Below are positions 47,205 through 60,922 of a stretch of 64,000 nt of DNA, piece after piece (within the stretch, counting starts at the first letter, position 1; each line of letters begins with the position of its first letter). This stretch comes from Podarcis filfolensis (Eukaryota): NCBI GenBank assembly GCA_964270895.1, contig OZ185449.1; one strand, given 5' to 3'. The position numbers and the translations under genes are program-made. The notes under the pieces were generated by a model that saw nothing but the letters and a program-made list of their open reading frames with translations, was not told the DNA's origin and did no database searches.

Positions 47205-48068
47205 AGCAAACTGGCAAGTTCTTAAAGAAATGGGAGTGCCTGAACACCTTATCTGTCTCCTGAGAAATCTCTATGTGGGACAAGAAGCTGCAGTTAGAAC
47301 TGGATATGGAACAACTGATTGATTCAAAATTGGGAAAGGAGTACGGCAAGGCTGTATATTATTTAACTTATATGCAGAATTCATCATGCGAAAGGCTGGA
47401 CTGGAGGAATCCCAAATCGGAATTAAGATTGCCGGAAGAAATATCAACAACCTCAGATATACAGATGATACAACTTTGATGGCAGAAAGTGAGGAGGAAT
47501 TAAAGAACCTCTTAATGAGGGTGAAAGAGGAGAGCACAAAATATGGTCTGAAGCTTTTTTTTTTTTTTAAATGAAGATCATGGCCACTGGTCCCATCACC
47601 TAGAAGGGGAAGAAATGGAGGCAGTGAAAGATTTTACTTTCTCGGGCTCCATGATTACTACAGATGGTGACAGCAGTCACGAAATTAAAAGACGCCTCCT
47701 TTTTGGGAGAAAAGCGATGACAAACCTAGACAGCATCTTAAAAAGCAGAGACATCACCTTGCCAACAAAGGTCCGTATAGTTCAAGCTACGGTTTTCCCA
47801 GTAGTGATGTATGGAAGTGAGAGCTGGACCATAAAGAAGACTGATCGCCGAAGAATTGATGCTTTTGAATTATGGTGCTGGAGGAGACTCTTAAGAGCCC
47901 CATGGACTGCAAGAAGATCAAACCTATCCATTCTGAAGGAAATCAGCCCTGAGTGCTAACTGGAAGGACAGATCCTGGAGCTGAGACTCCAATACTTTGG
48001 CCGCCTCATGAGAAGAGAAGACTCCCTGGGAAAGATATAGATGTTGGGAAAGATTGAGGGCACAAGGA
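47205..48068 (+). mobile_element. RTE-BovB LINE RT/C-terminal fragment
   Basis: WQVLKEMGVPEHLICLLRNLY, GRNINNLRYTDDTTLMAESEEELK and SRDITLPTKVRIV..FPVVMYGSESWTIKK..RIDAFELWCWRRLLR. Confidence 0.9.
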
Positions 48069-48270
48069 TCTGTGCGGAAGGCACATTCGCAACCCGCAGT
48101 GTTCCAACCCGCAGAGCGGCATCTGCACACCCACGGGTTGCAATTCAGCACTTCTGTGCATGCACAAGTACCAAAACCCGGAAGTAAGCTGTTCCAGTAC
48201 TTCTGGGTTCGGCACAGTGCGCAACCCGAAAACACGCAACCTGAAGCGTCTGTAACCCGAAGTATGACTG
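48067..48270 (+). mobile_element. MITE family B, left end lost and fused to BovB
   Basis: Starts about 25 nt inside the family consensus; right end gtatgactg followed by TA is intact. Confidence 0.8.
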
Positions 48271-48276
48271 TACTTG

Positions 48277-48280
48277 CTTC

Positions 48281-48311
<31 letters not shown>
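48277..48311. repeat. (CT)n microsatellite
   Basis: Directly visible, with one interruption. Confidence 0.9.
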
Positions 48312-49219
48312 TTAATCCACACACGTTGTAGATCTATTGCATATTTCCCTACTACTCACAAAAGTTCTTCTTGAAAATGAAAACTCATTGCAGATTGATT
48401 CAGTGTTACCCCACAGTGTGTCTATTTGAAAAGAGACCTACATAGTCCCAGCAATGGGGTGTGTGAATGTATTCACACCTGCTTAAGATTGCAATCACCA
48501 CTTCCTTCTCCATTCACTTGGGGCATGTGCAGGGAGGAAAAGGCATGGATATCCTAACCAAGGGGTAGGTTTTTCAAATGCGTATCAAGTAACTACACTC
48601 ACCTTTCTGGGTGGCAAGAACCATGGCCATAGCCAGGATTTTTGTTTGGGGGGGCAGGCCTTTAGTTGTGAGGGGCAGGCCTTTTGTTCGGGGGCGGGGT
48701 GGCAGAACCTCAGTTAGCTGTGTGTTTTTGTTTATTTTTATTGATGGGGAGGCAGCTGCCCCCCTGGACACTCCCATGGCAACAGCTCAAATCAATCTTG
48801 ATTGAAAGCATCATGACTAGGTCACACATGAATGATACCTGTTCGAGAGAGAAAACAACTACATTTTTAAGGCTACAAATGTGTTAGCATGTATTAGGCC
48901 ATAGCCAAGCATCAAACAGTGACATTTGAGGCATCGCCTAAATTACAGGGGTTCAGATCATCCTGTTTTGCTGCACAAAGCGGCAACCACAGTAGCTGTA
49001 TCCGGTGAGATCTCACATGCTCTGTGAGATTACAGCAAGATATCTCTGGGAACCAGCATCACTGCCAGTGCCGTCAGTGCCGTCTTTTGCTGGTGACAAG
49101 GAGGGTAGGGTACCTGGAGGGGATGCTCCCTCTCAAAATTCTGCCACCTGAGGTGGCAACTTCACCCCACCTCATGGGCAGCCTGGCCCTGGTTCCATTA
49201 GAGCCTTGTTCTCTTAGCT

Positions 49220-49471
49220 CAGGGGTGTCAAACTCAAATTCATCGGGGGCTGCATCAGCAGTTTGGTCACCCTCAAAGGGCCGGTGGAGGTTTCCTGCGT
49301 AGAACGGCCAGTGCCGCTAGAGGGCAGACGTTCTCTGGCTTGTAGGCTGCCGCGCATGCACTGAAGAGGCGGCTTTCTTGTGTCAAAAAAAAAAAAAGCG
49401 AGAATAAAAGGTGAAGGCTGGTGGCCGGGCCACATGACGAGGTCTGGCGGGCCTTGTATTTGACACCCGTG
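49220..49471. mobile_element. hAT-type MITE
   Basis: TIR CAGGGGTGTCAAA / TTTGACACCCGTG; 8-bp TSD TCTTAGCT (49212-49219 and 49472-49479). Confidence 0.9.
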
Positions 49472-50173
49472 TCTTAGCTACTGTTTTTAGAAGGCTTCAT
49501 GAGTGTGGTTAAAATTAGGGAAAATCAGAGGTGGGACACATGGATTTCATCCCTGCCACTGCTTCTCCCACTCTCATAATTTGCACACTGATTTCATTCA
49601 TGTATAAGTGATTATTCCAGAAAACGGTTCAGTTTGATTCATTTCCAATGCCTGCCTTGGTAGACGGCACCCAACTGTAACATGTGGGGTGAGAGAAAGA
49701 GCGATGACTTGCAAACAGCTGTAAAGACCTGGTCAGACATGTTTTTTAATCATTATATATTTGGAGTGTGTTGTTTGGGGCAGAAGGGCTAGAGAAAAGT
49801 TCATGGGCTCTCATGCCGAGTGGCTCCCAGAGGAACCAAAACGAGTGAGTCACTCAGTGACTTCAGAACTGAGGCATTTTGGCATCCATGAGAATTTATC
49901 TCTGGTCCTTCCTAGGATTCCTGAAGGCCGCTCGCTTTTCTCCGTGGGGGTCACAGAGGAGACCCTTTTCAGCCAATGGCAGATGGCAGCAGTCTTGGCA
50001 TTGCTGGGAATGACTCCATGCCCCTTGATGTAATCTTTCCTCCCTGGTCTTCACTTTTCTTCAGGGATAATTTGAGAGCAAACCTCCCAGGCATTTCTCT
50101 CCCCCTGCCCCCAATTTCCATTTTAAAGGGGTGGGGGAGGAAAGGAAGCAGGAGGGAAGCCGAAAGGAAGATA

Positions 50174-50354
50174 CAGTGGTAACTCTGGTTACATACGCTT
50201 CAGGTTACATACGCTTCAGGTTACAGACTCCGCTAACCCAGCGCGGCGGCAACAGGAGGCCCCATTAGCTAAAGTGGTGCTTCAGGTTAGGAACAGTTTC
50301 AGGTTAAGAACAGACTTCCAGAACGAATAAAGTACTTAACCCGAGGTACCACTG
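50174..50354 (+). mobile_element. MITE family A, internally deleted
   Basis: Both TIRs and TA TSD present. Confidence 0.85.
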
Positions 50355-50946
50355 TATAAAAAAGCCCTCTGTCTGCTAAGGTAGGAGCAAGGAACCTTTT
50401 TCATTCAGAGGGCCACATTATCTTGTGACCACCTTCCTGGACAGGAATTGCATACCAATGGTGGGCATGGCAAAATTGGGTGCGGCCAGACACACACTGC
50501 TCTTCATCTTCCATCCAGGCAAACCGGAGGCATCACAGTCCTAGAATATTGTTGCATGCCACCCCAATCACCGACTGAGATTCCAGGGGTTCCAGGCGCT
50601 TACCCAGGGTTCGTGTTTCCTCTGGAATGAGGCACAACAGAGACTGTGGTGTCTTTAGCATATAGGGTTATTTACAAATATATGCAACCTGAGTCAATGG
50701 TGGAGGGGTTCGCAGAATTAGCACCCCAAGAAGGACTTGCTTCTTCCATAGCTGCGGCCTTGGATTCACCCACTACCATTGCAATTTCTGCTATTGCATT
50801 TAAGTCAATGTACAATTTAAAAATAAGTCAGGTTGTTTAGGTGGCCTAAGGCAGGAAATCTCACAAGCTCCTCTCCTTGGGAGTAAAAACAAAGTCAGAC
50901 TAAATTAAATAAGCAACTATTTGCCTGAAACTATATTGTGGACAAT

Positions 50947-51311
50947 GGGACGCGGGTGGCGCTGTGGGTTAAAGCCTCAGCACCTAGGACTTGCCGATCG
51001 AAAGGTCGGCGGTTCGAATCCCCGCGGCGGGGTGCGCTCCCGTCGCTCGGTCCCAGCGCCTGCCAACCTAACAGTTCGAAAGCACCCTCGGGTGCAAGTA
51101 GATAAATAGGGACCGCTTACTAGCAGGAAGGTAAACGGCGTTCCGTGTGCTGCGCTGGCTCGCCAGATGCAGCTTGTCACGCTGGCCACGTGACCCGGAA
51201 GTGTCTGTGGACAGCGCTGGCTCCCGGCCTCTAGAGTGAGATGAGCGCACAACCCTAGAGTCTGGCAAGACTGGCCCGTACGGGCAGGGGTACCTTTACC
51301 TTTACCTTTAC
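50947..51311 (+). mobile_element. Sauria SINE, second subfamily, CpG-rich (young)
   Basis: Same head but a divergent 3' half; (TACCTT)n tail; 16-bp TSD CTATATTGTGGACAAT (50931-50946 and 51312-51327). Confidence 0.9.
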
Positions 51312-53292
51312 CTATATTGTGGACAATCCATAAAAGGGGCAAGGGGAGGGGAAGGGGAGAAGGGGCAAACTCTTACATAGGACTCAGCTACATTAGTAAA
51401 GAAACAGCAATTTGAATGCACTAAAATATGCAACACCAGATGGTGCCAAAGAGCAGGAAATTTTAAAGCGTGATTTTCCACAGAGATTTCTTTCTTTTGT
51501 TAAAGCAATATAATTTCTGACTTCTTTATAGCATTCCCCCCCCCTGTGTTTAGATGCACCCATAGTATCATAGAAAGCTATCTTATACATATTGCAGTGG
51601 GTTTTTTAAATGAAAAAAGTGTTGCAACTGAGGACTCAGCTATACAGTTGCAAATAAAATGTTTTAAATGCAATATACAATGTGACACTAGATGGTGATG
51701 GTGAGCCTTTTGGAAAATTCAATGTATTTTTAAAAAACGCTTTTAAAAAAAAGATTTCCAGGGCTATTTTTATATGTGTGTAGATTCTACCTAGGACTCA
51801 TTAGTAAACTGGTGGTGTACCTGTTGAAGTAAGTAGCTCCAATTTATTATATTGAGCAGAGAATTAGGTCCAGTTCTACCTCCAAGCAGCAGAATGCAGG
51901 GGTAGAGCCTTGATGTGGGGTAGTGGACTGTGCCACTTCAGACTTCACGTTTGGGATGCCATTTTGAATACTCCCCCACATTTTAAGAACAAAAAAGTAT
52001 TTGCAAGCCAAAAACTAGTTCCTGATGGGGAGTGGGTGGGAAATCCCTGTTCTAATATTCTTTTTATAGGGATATTTTATGCCCTCAATACTCTCCCAGG
52101 GCAACACCTACTCTCAGGCCACAGCCACTCCCTCCAAGGTCTTGCTCTGTGCTAACTTTGATTGCTTTTACCTGGCTTGAATGTGCCCCCTTGAACTGTG
52201 ATAATTCCCCTCACTTGCCTGGATGGAGAAATGTGTGGGTAGAATCTCTCAACATTTGCACGGGTGGAATGTAACCTACTGTACAAAGAGAGCCACCTCT
52301 GCTGCTCCAACTACTATTGCCCCTGACCCCACCCGCCACTGTCATGCAGCCCTTGAAAGGTTTTGCACATGACACTGTGGTCCTCAGCCTGGAAAATTTC
52401 CCAATCACTGCCTTGCCATCCCATTCCTACTCTGGCCTCAGCTTGTAGCGTAGTCCCTGTGTGATTCAAAAGTCTGCTTATTCTTCCCCCAACCAAAGTT
52501 GACCCAACCAACACGGTCATCACCTTGTCAGTTTCCTCATGACAACAGGACTCACATCTTCCTCCCAAAGCCCACAGATTTTCAACTCGATTACCATGGC
52601 AACATAATCACTTATTTATTTGTGTTGATTTTTTTGGCATGTAATTAAGGTTCCCCTTAAACTTGCCCCCTCCCCTTTATTCATGGTAAGAAGGAAGCCT
52701 TGGCTCAGATGTTTATATTCATTCTGTCCTTGCTGATATTCTCTTGGTCTCACTCCAATGACCGATAAACTAGCCAGGAATGGGTATGATGAGAACAGCA
52801 GAGCCTGGGAGAGGTCAGACTTCCATCCCTCCCCCTAGCACTTCATGTCATAGCCATTCTCTGGTCCATTTTAGTCCTGGGATGTTATTTCCCTTCTCTG
52901 TTGCAGAGGGACTTTCTTTTCTTTTCTTTTTTCCGGGTGTGGGGGGATCAACAGGCCCTCCTGAGTTAGGGAGTGGGTGGAAACAGCTTTCAGCAAAGGC
53001 TGTCCATCTTGCTATGTGGAAATTCCCAGAGGAAAAAAATGACATTGAACCAAAGGCTGGGCAGACTAATCTGTTAGTGGTCTAGCAGAAGTGGGTTTAG
53101 AGGGACAAACAGCTGTGCAGGATCTGGAAATGGTGCTTTTGAGTGGGTGCTGGGTTAAATGTCCCCTGCTTGGCCCTCTCCTCTGTACAAGGGCAGTAGT
53201 GTGCTTTTTCTGCTTGGAGGCACAGCCTCAGCATACGGTGACTGTGTCAGCCCTCAAACCAGAGAACTGTTCCCTGACACACAATACCTGTA

Positions 53293-53519
53293 CAGTCATA
53301 CCTCGGGTTGCAGACACTTCAGGTTGCGTTTTTCAGGTTACAGACGCGTCGAAACCTGGAAGTACCGGAACGGGTTACTTCCAGGTTTCAGCAGTTGTGC
53401 ATGCTCAGAAACACTGAATCACAACCCGCGTGCGCAGACGCGGCGCTCCAGGTTGCAAACGCTGTGGGTTGTGAATGTGCCTCCTGCACGGATCACGTTC
53501 GCAACCCGAGTATCCACTG
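53293..53519 (-). mobile_element. MITE family B
   Basis: Both termini and TA TSD present. Confidence 0.85.
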
Positions 53520-56339
53520 TACATTTGTAAATAAGAAGAGCATTCAGAATACAGCATCAGTTCTCTCTTGCTCAAAGGACAGTAAAGCTGATTCGAAATT
53601 CCTGCCTCTTGGGAGAATCTAGAAATGTGCATTTGGCCAAATGAATATGTGGCTGATCGTTTGTGCCATCAACGACAACATCAAAGAGGCACTGGCTATT
53701 AGTAGCTCCAGGAGAAGAAAATCCATTGTGTGTGTGGAGGGGGGTGGGAGTCCTTCTGCAGCTCTCAACTCAAGCCATTAGGTTGTAAACTCTGTGCTTC
53801 CTACATGGTATAATATATGTCCGACATGGCCCATAATGGGCAGATATTTATGGAGTATTGAATATATGCCATGCAGGAATGGATAAAGGAGGAACATCAG
53901 TTGCTCGTGGAATTCGGACCAGTTTGGGATGGGCTTCTCAGTGCCTTTGATGTCTTGACTAAGGCCTAATAGGATCCCACTGGGTTCAGAGGGGAAAGGG
54001 TGGGTAGGGTGACAAGCTCTTAATTTGCACAGAACCATTTTGTGCACACCAAACACACAAACGTAAGGATGCCTCCAGGCTGTCAGCATTTGGTGGGAAG
54101 TATGTGGTTTGGAAATTTGCAAAGAAATGCACTGAAATTGTGTGGAATGAGTGAATGATTTTTAAACACTCTGAAAGCAAATCAGGATGAATTCTCACCA
54201 TTGACAAACAATCATGACGACTGCTCAATAAACAGGACATCTGGAGTTGGACCCCTTTAAAAGTATTTCTGAGTCATTTTCGTAACATAAGAATCTTATC
54301 ATATCATAATCCCATTAGCTGGAGCAGAAGGGTATTCAGTGTGGAAAGGTTTTGTTATTATCCTTCATACCTCAGACTGAGAGATGGGGTGGGTTCGGAA
54401 TCTAGATTATATTCTTAGTTCAGTGGTGCTGATTGTGTGTGGGCTCTTCTTGAGAGAAGGGACAGGACACATGAAGGAGGAGGCACAGAGTTTCAAGAAT
54501 GGCAAGATTAGCTGTAGGTTTGAGGTTTCCCTTTCCCCACAGAGTATCCTCTGCTAGACTTCTTCCTATGTTGGCAGGACCTAGGGTTTAACTGGCAGTG
54601 GTGTCAGCAGGTGGATGTCACCTAAATTTCTCACAATGCTCTCAACATAGCATCACTGTGGGGCACTGAGTGAAATTTAAATAGTCACTGCCTAGATCCA
54701 AGTGCCTAGTGCTAAGGGAAGCCATGGGGCATCATAAACAGTGCTTGGGGAAAAAAACATGTGTGGCTTGAATAAATTAAACAGGGTAAGTATATTCTAG
54801 TATGGAAACACAATTATGGGGAAAGCTTCATCCTGACCCCTGATTTACTTTTGGACCTTATACTTCAGCACACCAGTTTGGAACAATCTGAATGTTGGGA
54901 AAAATGGCAGAGGACATTGAACTAAAATGATGAACGAAAAAGTTCATTTGAATGAACTTGATCTGAAATAGTTGAATTGGACCTAGGCTTTGTTTGTGTG
55001 TTTGTTTGCACAGAATGAACTAGAACAAGAAATAGTTCCTTTTAAAAATGAATTTTCCAAGCACTGGGCATCAGCTTTGCCAGGGTGCTAAGTAATTAAT
55101 AACAGGAGTAGATAGCCCTGAATAAATAACAATCCTATGTCCTTTTAAAAAATAGTTTTGGGGTGGAGATTGGGTTGTTGTTTTTATTTTGATTATATAT
55201 TTTGTGGTTTTGTGTTCTAGTTTTGTTCTGTGAGCAGCCCTGAGACCTCCAGGTATAGGGTGGTATATAAATTCAATAAAATAAAATAAACAACAAACAT
55301 GGGTTGTGTGAACAAATAATGAAATGAAAGTGTTAATTAATAACGAAAACCAATGGCATGACAAAACAAAATTGGGAAAGGACTGCAGCTTAGAGGTGAA
55401 GCATCTGTTTTGCATGCAAAAGGCCCCAGGTTCATTCCCCAGCAGCTCATTTTCCCAATCTTAAATTCAGTTCTCCACATTTCTACACTAGTTCACACTT
55501 TTAAAAAAACCAAAAAACCCACCTGAAACTTCAACATTTTAGAGTGGATTTCTCCAAATATAAGCATTGCTTCAGACAGTGCATATTAGGTAGAACGAGA
55601 AATGCAGAGTGAAAAAATTTCTCTCATTCAAGCACGTTTTTCAATGGGATAAGATGACAAATTCAGCAAAAGCTCATTACATGTGCACATGAATCACTTG
55701 GCTCCTCTGCACGTGATGACTGGCTGCTGAGTGCATTAACTGGCTCTGTTGGTCAAGTTTACAGGCCTTCAGCACCTTCAAGCCTGAGACGCAAAAGGGG
55801 ATGGTTGCTGGCGTCATGGAATGTGGCTTGGTGATGTCACAGCATTGCCAGCTCTGCAAAGTAAAGTCGTCTCTGAGCTCTGGCCCCCTCAAATATTTTT
55901 TGTCAGCTAGGGCTTAGAAAACCACTGTGTGTTGTTCCTTCCCTGACCCAGCTGTGCCTGGTTTGCAGCAACAACAGCTCTTTGGAAATCTTGCAGCAGC
56001 GCTGCTAAAGCCGTTTGTCCCACATTGGGTCTTTCTTGCCCACACCTTTTCCAACACTGCCCTCTTCCTACCAAGTCCTTCGGATGGAAAAGATATGTTC
56101 GTCCTGAAGTCAAATTGCTGCAGATAAATATGGCCACAAGGGGGCAGATGTGCAGTGAAATACAAATCCTCAAGAAATGCTTCCAGCCTGAAGCCATTTT
56201 TTCCCCACAAGTGACTATTCATTATTCATTATTACTATTATTACTATCATCAACTTGCCATTTCCCCCATCAGAACTGGAAATATGGTTAGGAAACATAC
56301 GCACAATTTTTCTTTGGCTTTCTGTTCTGGACCACAGTT

Positions 56340-56700
56340 ATGCACGACTCGGCAGCTCCCAGATTTGAGTACTGCAATATGCTCTACATGGGGCTGTCTT
56401 TGAAGACTGTTTGGAAGGTACACTTAGTTCAAAATCTAGTTGTTATGGGGCTAATTGGGACTAGTTGATAAGAACACATCTCAACAATGCCTAAGCAACA
56501 GGTTCCTGGGCAATTCTCTGAGCACAATTTATGTGCTTTAAAACCTCAGGTGGCTTGGCAACTGCGTGCCTGAAAAAAATGCCTAATCTTATATCTACCT
56601 GCTTATGCACAAATATAAATCCACAAGAGCCTGCCTCTAGATTCGTTCTCAATTCAAACTGGGGATAAGGCTTTCTCATCTAAAGCATTCTACTCTTAGG
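56340..56700 (+). mobile_element. Old L2 fragment
   Basis: Degenerate EYCNMLYMGLSLKTVWK, similar to L2 DYCNALYVGLPLK. Confidence 0.6.
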
Positions 56701-59529
56701 GCAGGGTTGTGGTCAGCAGACTGAGGTGAGCCAAAAACAAGAAGATAGTAGTTTGGAACTGAGGACAGAGGAGTTAGGTGGTGGAGTTGAGGGACTTGCC
56801 AGAAATCAGGACTGAAGAACCACCAATGATTCAGGAATACACCACAGTCCAGGAAAACTTTGTTGCTTAAGCAACGCTCAAGCGGAACAGGAGACCTTCT
56901 TCCATTCTATGCAGTCCTGTAGCACCTAGTGGCCAACCTGAGCAGGTAGGCTCAGTCCAAGGCCAGAAGGTACTTCAATGAGAAGGTACCACCTGCCTAT
57001 GCACATGAGCATTAAGGTTCCATGACATTCAGTTTGCATGCTGATGGAGCTGATTTTGAACTGTTGAAAACAGAAGGGCTCTTTCTGTTAAGTTCCTTGC
57101 GCATGTGGATAGTAGGCAGTGATAGCTCTCAGTGCCAGCTGTTCATGCTGCCATGTGTCCTGTATATATGTCCCAATGCCACCCCGAGAAGGACTCAGAT
57201 GAATCACAGATAACCTCACTTGGGGTGAACCCTCAGCACTCTATCAACACCCTCCCAGCCTGAGGAAACAACTCTTTCACCATCCTCATACTCTGGGAAC
57301 AACCCCACTGTCATTTTCTCTATTACACAGCCACGAAGGAGCATGCAACTGCAGAATCAATGGCAGGTCCTCACAGCTATCCTGGGCATGGGCAAAGATT
57401 TCAGATGAATCTGGTTCTTTGCTGAGACAACATTATTCTACTAAGCTAACAGAGCAGACTTAGTTCTATCCATGGTTCTGATTCCTGCTCACCTGAACCT
57501 GCTGTGCAAACCCAGCAGTGAACTGACATGCCTTGACCTGACTCGTGCCTAAATTCACCCCAAACAGAATGACTTTGACCTGATTTACTACCACCTGACT
57601 CAGCCTTGCCATACCCTAATAGCAGCTCTACTTGAGTGCACCTGACTTACTTCCACCTTAATCTGCACAACTCAGCTTGCTTCTTCCCTAGCAGGCCCCA
57701 ACCCTCAACAAAACTGGATGCAGGCACAGAAAAATATGTCTGCGATCCGCCTGTGCACATACAAGTGTATGCAAGGTGGCAGAGCACCTTGCAATTGGAC
57801 CCCTTCTTATGCATAGATGCTGAGATGTACAGATGTCCTTTTCAATATACAGTCTGCATTAGGCTGGGAACTTTTTACAAACTAAGGGCTGCATCCTCCT
57901 ACAGTAGATTAGTTTCTGCACACATTTACACACCACTCTCTGTTCTCCATCAAGGCAAGCAAGTGGGTTTACTGAAGTTCAAGGACACATTCCTCCAAGC
58001 AAAAGCACTCAAGGAGGGTATGAAGAAAGGCTGGTGAGGGGTGTGGCCTGGGGAGAGTTCACCCCACAGTGAACGCATGGAAAAAAGCCCAACAGGAAGA
58101 GGGCTGGAGCTGTACAGCTGTCCCCTCCTAGTGCACAAGGTTGGTAAAGACTGTCCTAGTGCATCCTTACACAAAAGAACAAACACTTAATTGGTTTTGA
58201 AAGCATAGGAAACAGCCTTATACTAAGTATCTCTTTGGCTCAATATTGTCTAGCAATTCTCCTGGAGTTGCCAGGGGTTGAACCTAGGACCATCAGCATG
58301 CAAAACAGATGCGCTAACACCGAGCCACAGCCCTTTCCCGAGGGCCTTGCCAACTCTTGATAGTATCCTTTAACAGTGAAGGCTGAGCCATCATGCACTC
58401 TGCGGATGATTTTAGGCCCTTTCCTGCATGCACACACAAACACACCTGGATTTACACAGAACATATAACAGCAGGAAACATTAGAGGGCCTCACAATGAG
58501 GGAGATCACAGAGAACATGCAGCTGGGAAGATGCTGGCTTCAGATAACAAGCCTCAGCCTTTAATTCCTGTGGGCTCCGCCTTGCAACCATCTGTTTGCC
58601 TGCTGTAACTCTAGCCTCAAGTCTCCTTCTGCTTCCCAACCCCTCGAGCTTGCTGACTCAGGTGCTGCTAATTGAAATGGTAGAGCAGAGAGATTGGCAG
58701 GCCAACGGAAACTGGTCTGATGGGAACTAAATGTGCTGTTAAAACCCAATTAAATTAAGACATTTCCTCTGTCTAGCTCTCTTTCTCTCGACTTGGGTCC
58801 ATGTGCCTCTTAATGCTTGGAGCACTCAGCTTTTTTTCTTCTTCTAAAGGGCCCCTATTGAGGCTGCACTGCCGACTGCTGCTGCCCCCGCTTAGAAGAT
58901 GCCGGATTTACAATGGTGGTGACTCAGGGATGCTAGACACTCTGTGCAGCAGTTGCGTTTGCGTTGGCCACACAAGGATTTCCTGCAGTGCACAAATAAA
59001 TTATATGCGTCCTTCAAGCATTCTCTTGACATGACTCAGGGAACAGAGGGAATGGTTTAAATGATTGCCCCCCTTTTGCACTACTGCAAATGTTGGGGTG
59101 TCCCCAAGTCAGCTAAAGCCTCCCCTGAGTGCAGAGATGGTGCCATTTTGTCTGCAAATGTACTGGCACTCAGCCCTGAATTTCACAAATAGAGGAAACT
59201 CTTAAAATTGTTACACAATTGCTCTATATGCTTTGGACCTGAGACTCAGGTTTGAGGCATCCATTTTTAAGAGCAGCAAGTTTTAATCTCAGGAACATCA
59301 GCCAGTCTAAGCCTTTGAATCTTGGGCCTAGGGTAGGGGTGGGGAACTTTAGCCCCAAGCCCCAAATGTGGACCTTGAGGCCTCTATTTCTGCCCCTCAG
59401 AACTCTTCCCATGCAACACCCCCTATGCCAAGACCATGATGCTCACTGGGCCTGCTTTACACCTTGAGAGATTTTGCCCAGCTGAGATGTGTCATTGAAC
59501 TGTGATAATGCCTCATCTTGGCAGGATGG

Positions 59530-59531
<2 letters not shown>

Positions 59532-59570
<39 letters not shown>
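59532..59570. repeat. (GT)n microsatellite
   Basis: About 19 units, directly visible. Confidence 0.95.
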
Positions 59571-59574
<4 letters not shown>

Positions 59575-60922
59575 AACTAGCCTGCTGTACAAGGATACAA
59601 GTTGCATTTGTTGCTCTGCCTATTTCTGCCTCAGGTCCCACCCACTACTGGCAATGGAACAGATGGTCTCAGACGTTGCTGGTCTCTCCTTCACTAGAAG
59701 TTTTGAAGCAGAGGTTGAATAGTCACCTATCAGGGATGGGTTCCCCAAATTTGCAGAACGATAGATGACCCTTGTGGTCCATTCTAACTCAATAACTTCT
59801 ATAGCAGGAGACAGCAACATAAGCCTCAGTAAGTATGACTGTCATAGGAACATTGGAAGCTGCTTTATCCTGGGCCAAACCATTGGTCCATCATTGTCCA
59901 CACTGGTTGGCAGCAGCTCTCCAAGGTTTCAGGCAGGGGATCTCGACCAGCCCTATCTGCCATCAGGGAGTGAACCTGGGACCTTCTGCAGGCAAAAGCA
60001 GGTACAGAGCTTTACCCTAAATAGATAGGCCAATGGTCTGACTGTTCTAGCTTGTTCTTTACTCTCAACACAGTCTGACAACACCTTTCTGGGGGCTCAG
60101 GTCGGAAGGAGTTTTTACCAGAAATTCCGGGGTTTAGTCCTGGGATGTTCCATATGCAAAGTGGGTGCTGTTCCACTGAGATATGGCCCTTTTTGCCCTG
60201 AAGTGACTGAGCCTGGATACAAATCAAGTGCTGACGAGATGAGAGGAAAGTGAGAAGAGGTGGGAGGAGGAGCAGCTGACCAGCCTAGGTTTGCACTGTC
60301 CTAGAGTCTGCTTCCATCACCACAGCACAGCTGTATGGGGGGGGGAGACACATACAATGCCCTCTTGTGGAATGTATTATAAATATTTGATAGGCCTAAT
60401 GTAATCATATACAATCAATAAGGGCAGGAATATATCCCCCCCCCAGTCTCCCTCCTACTCGCCCCCGCCTTCTCTGGCCTTCTCTCTCCTGCTCTGCCTC
60501 ATCCTTCCTTTCCTCTCCTCCCTTTTGTTCTGCCTTTCATTAATGCATTCTCCAGTTTACATTATTTATCAACTTCCTCCCCCGCCTTTTTTTTCCTTTT
60601 GAAAAAATAAATTAAATAACATTGGTTATCTGTCGTCTCGGACACTCAGGCTAAGCAGTTTGGGGGGTGTGGCGGGGAGGGCTTTGCTGCTCTTCTCTTT
60701 GGCTTTCCTGATTCAGATAGCTTAGGTGGGGGGGGGAGCCCATTGTCCAACTCACATCCCTACAGGATTGTTCGCACGTCACTCTGATCACAGGTACAAA
60801 CTGTATCTGCACATGCGCAAGTGTTTGGGTGGAAAAGCACACACTTGTTGATTACTACAACTTCAGCCCCTGTGCTTACAGAGAGTATGCACTCATTGAA
60901 AGTTGCACGTGAACAACTGTAC

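Noticed and set aside
56700-57620. LTR-like texture (GACCTGA repeats)
   Set aside because: No TG..CA termini with TSD and no second copy identified.
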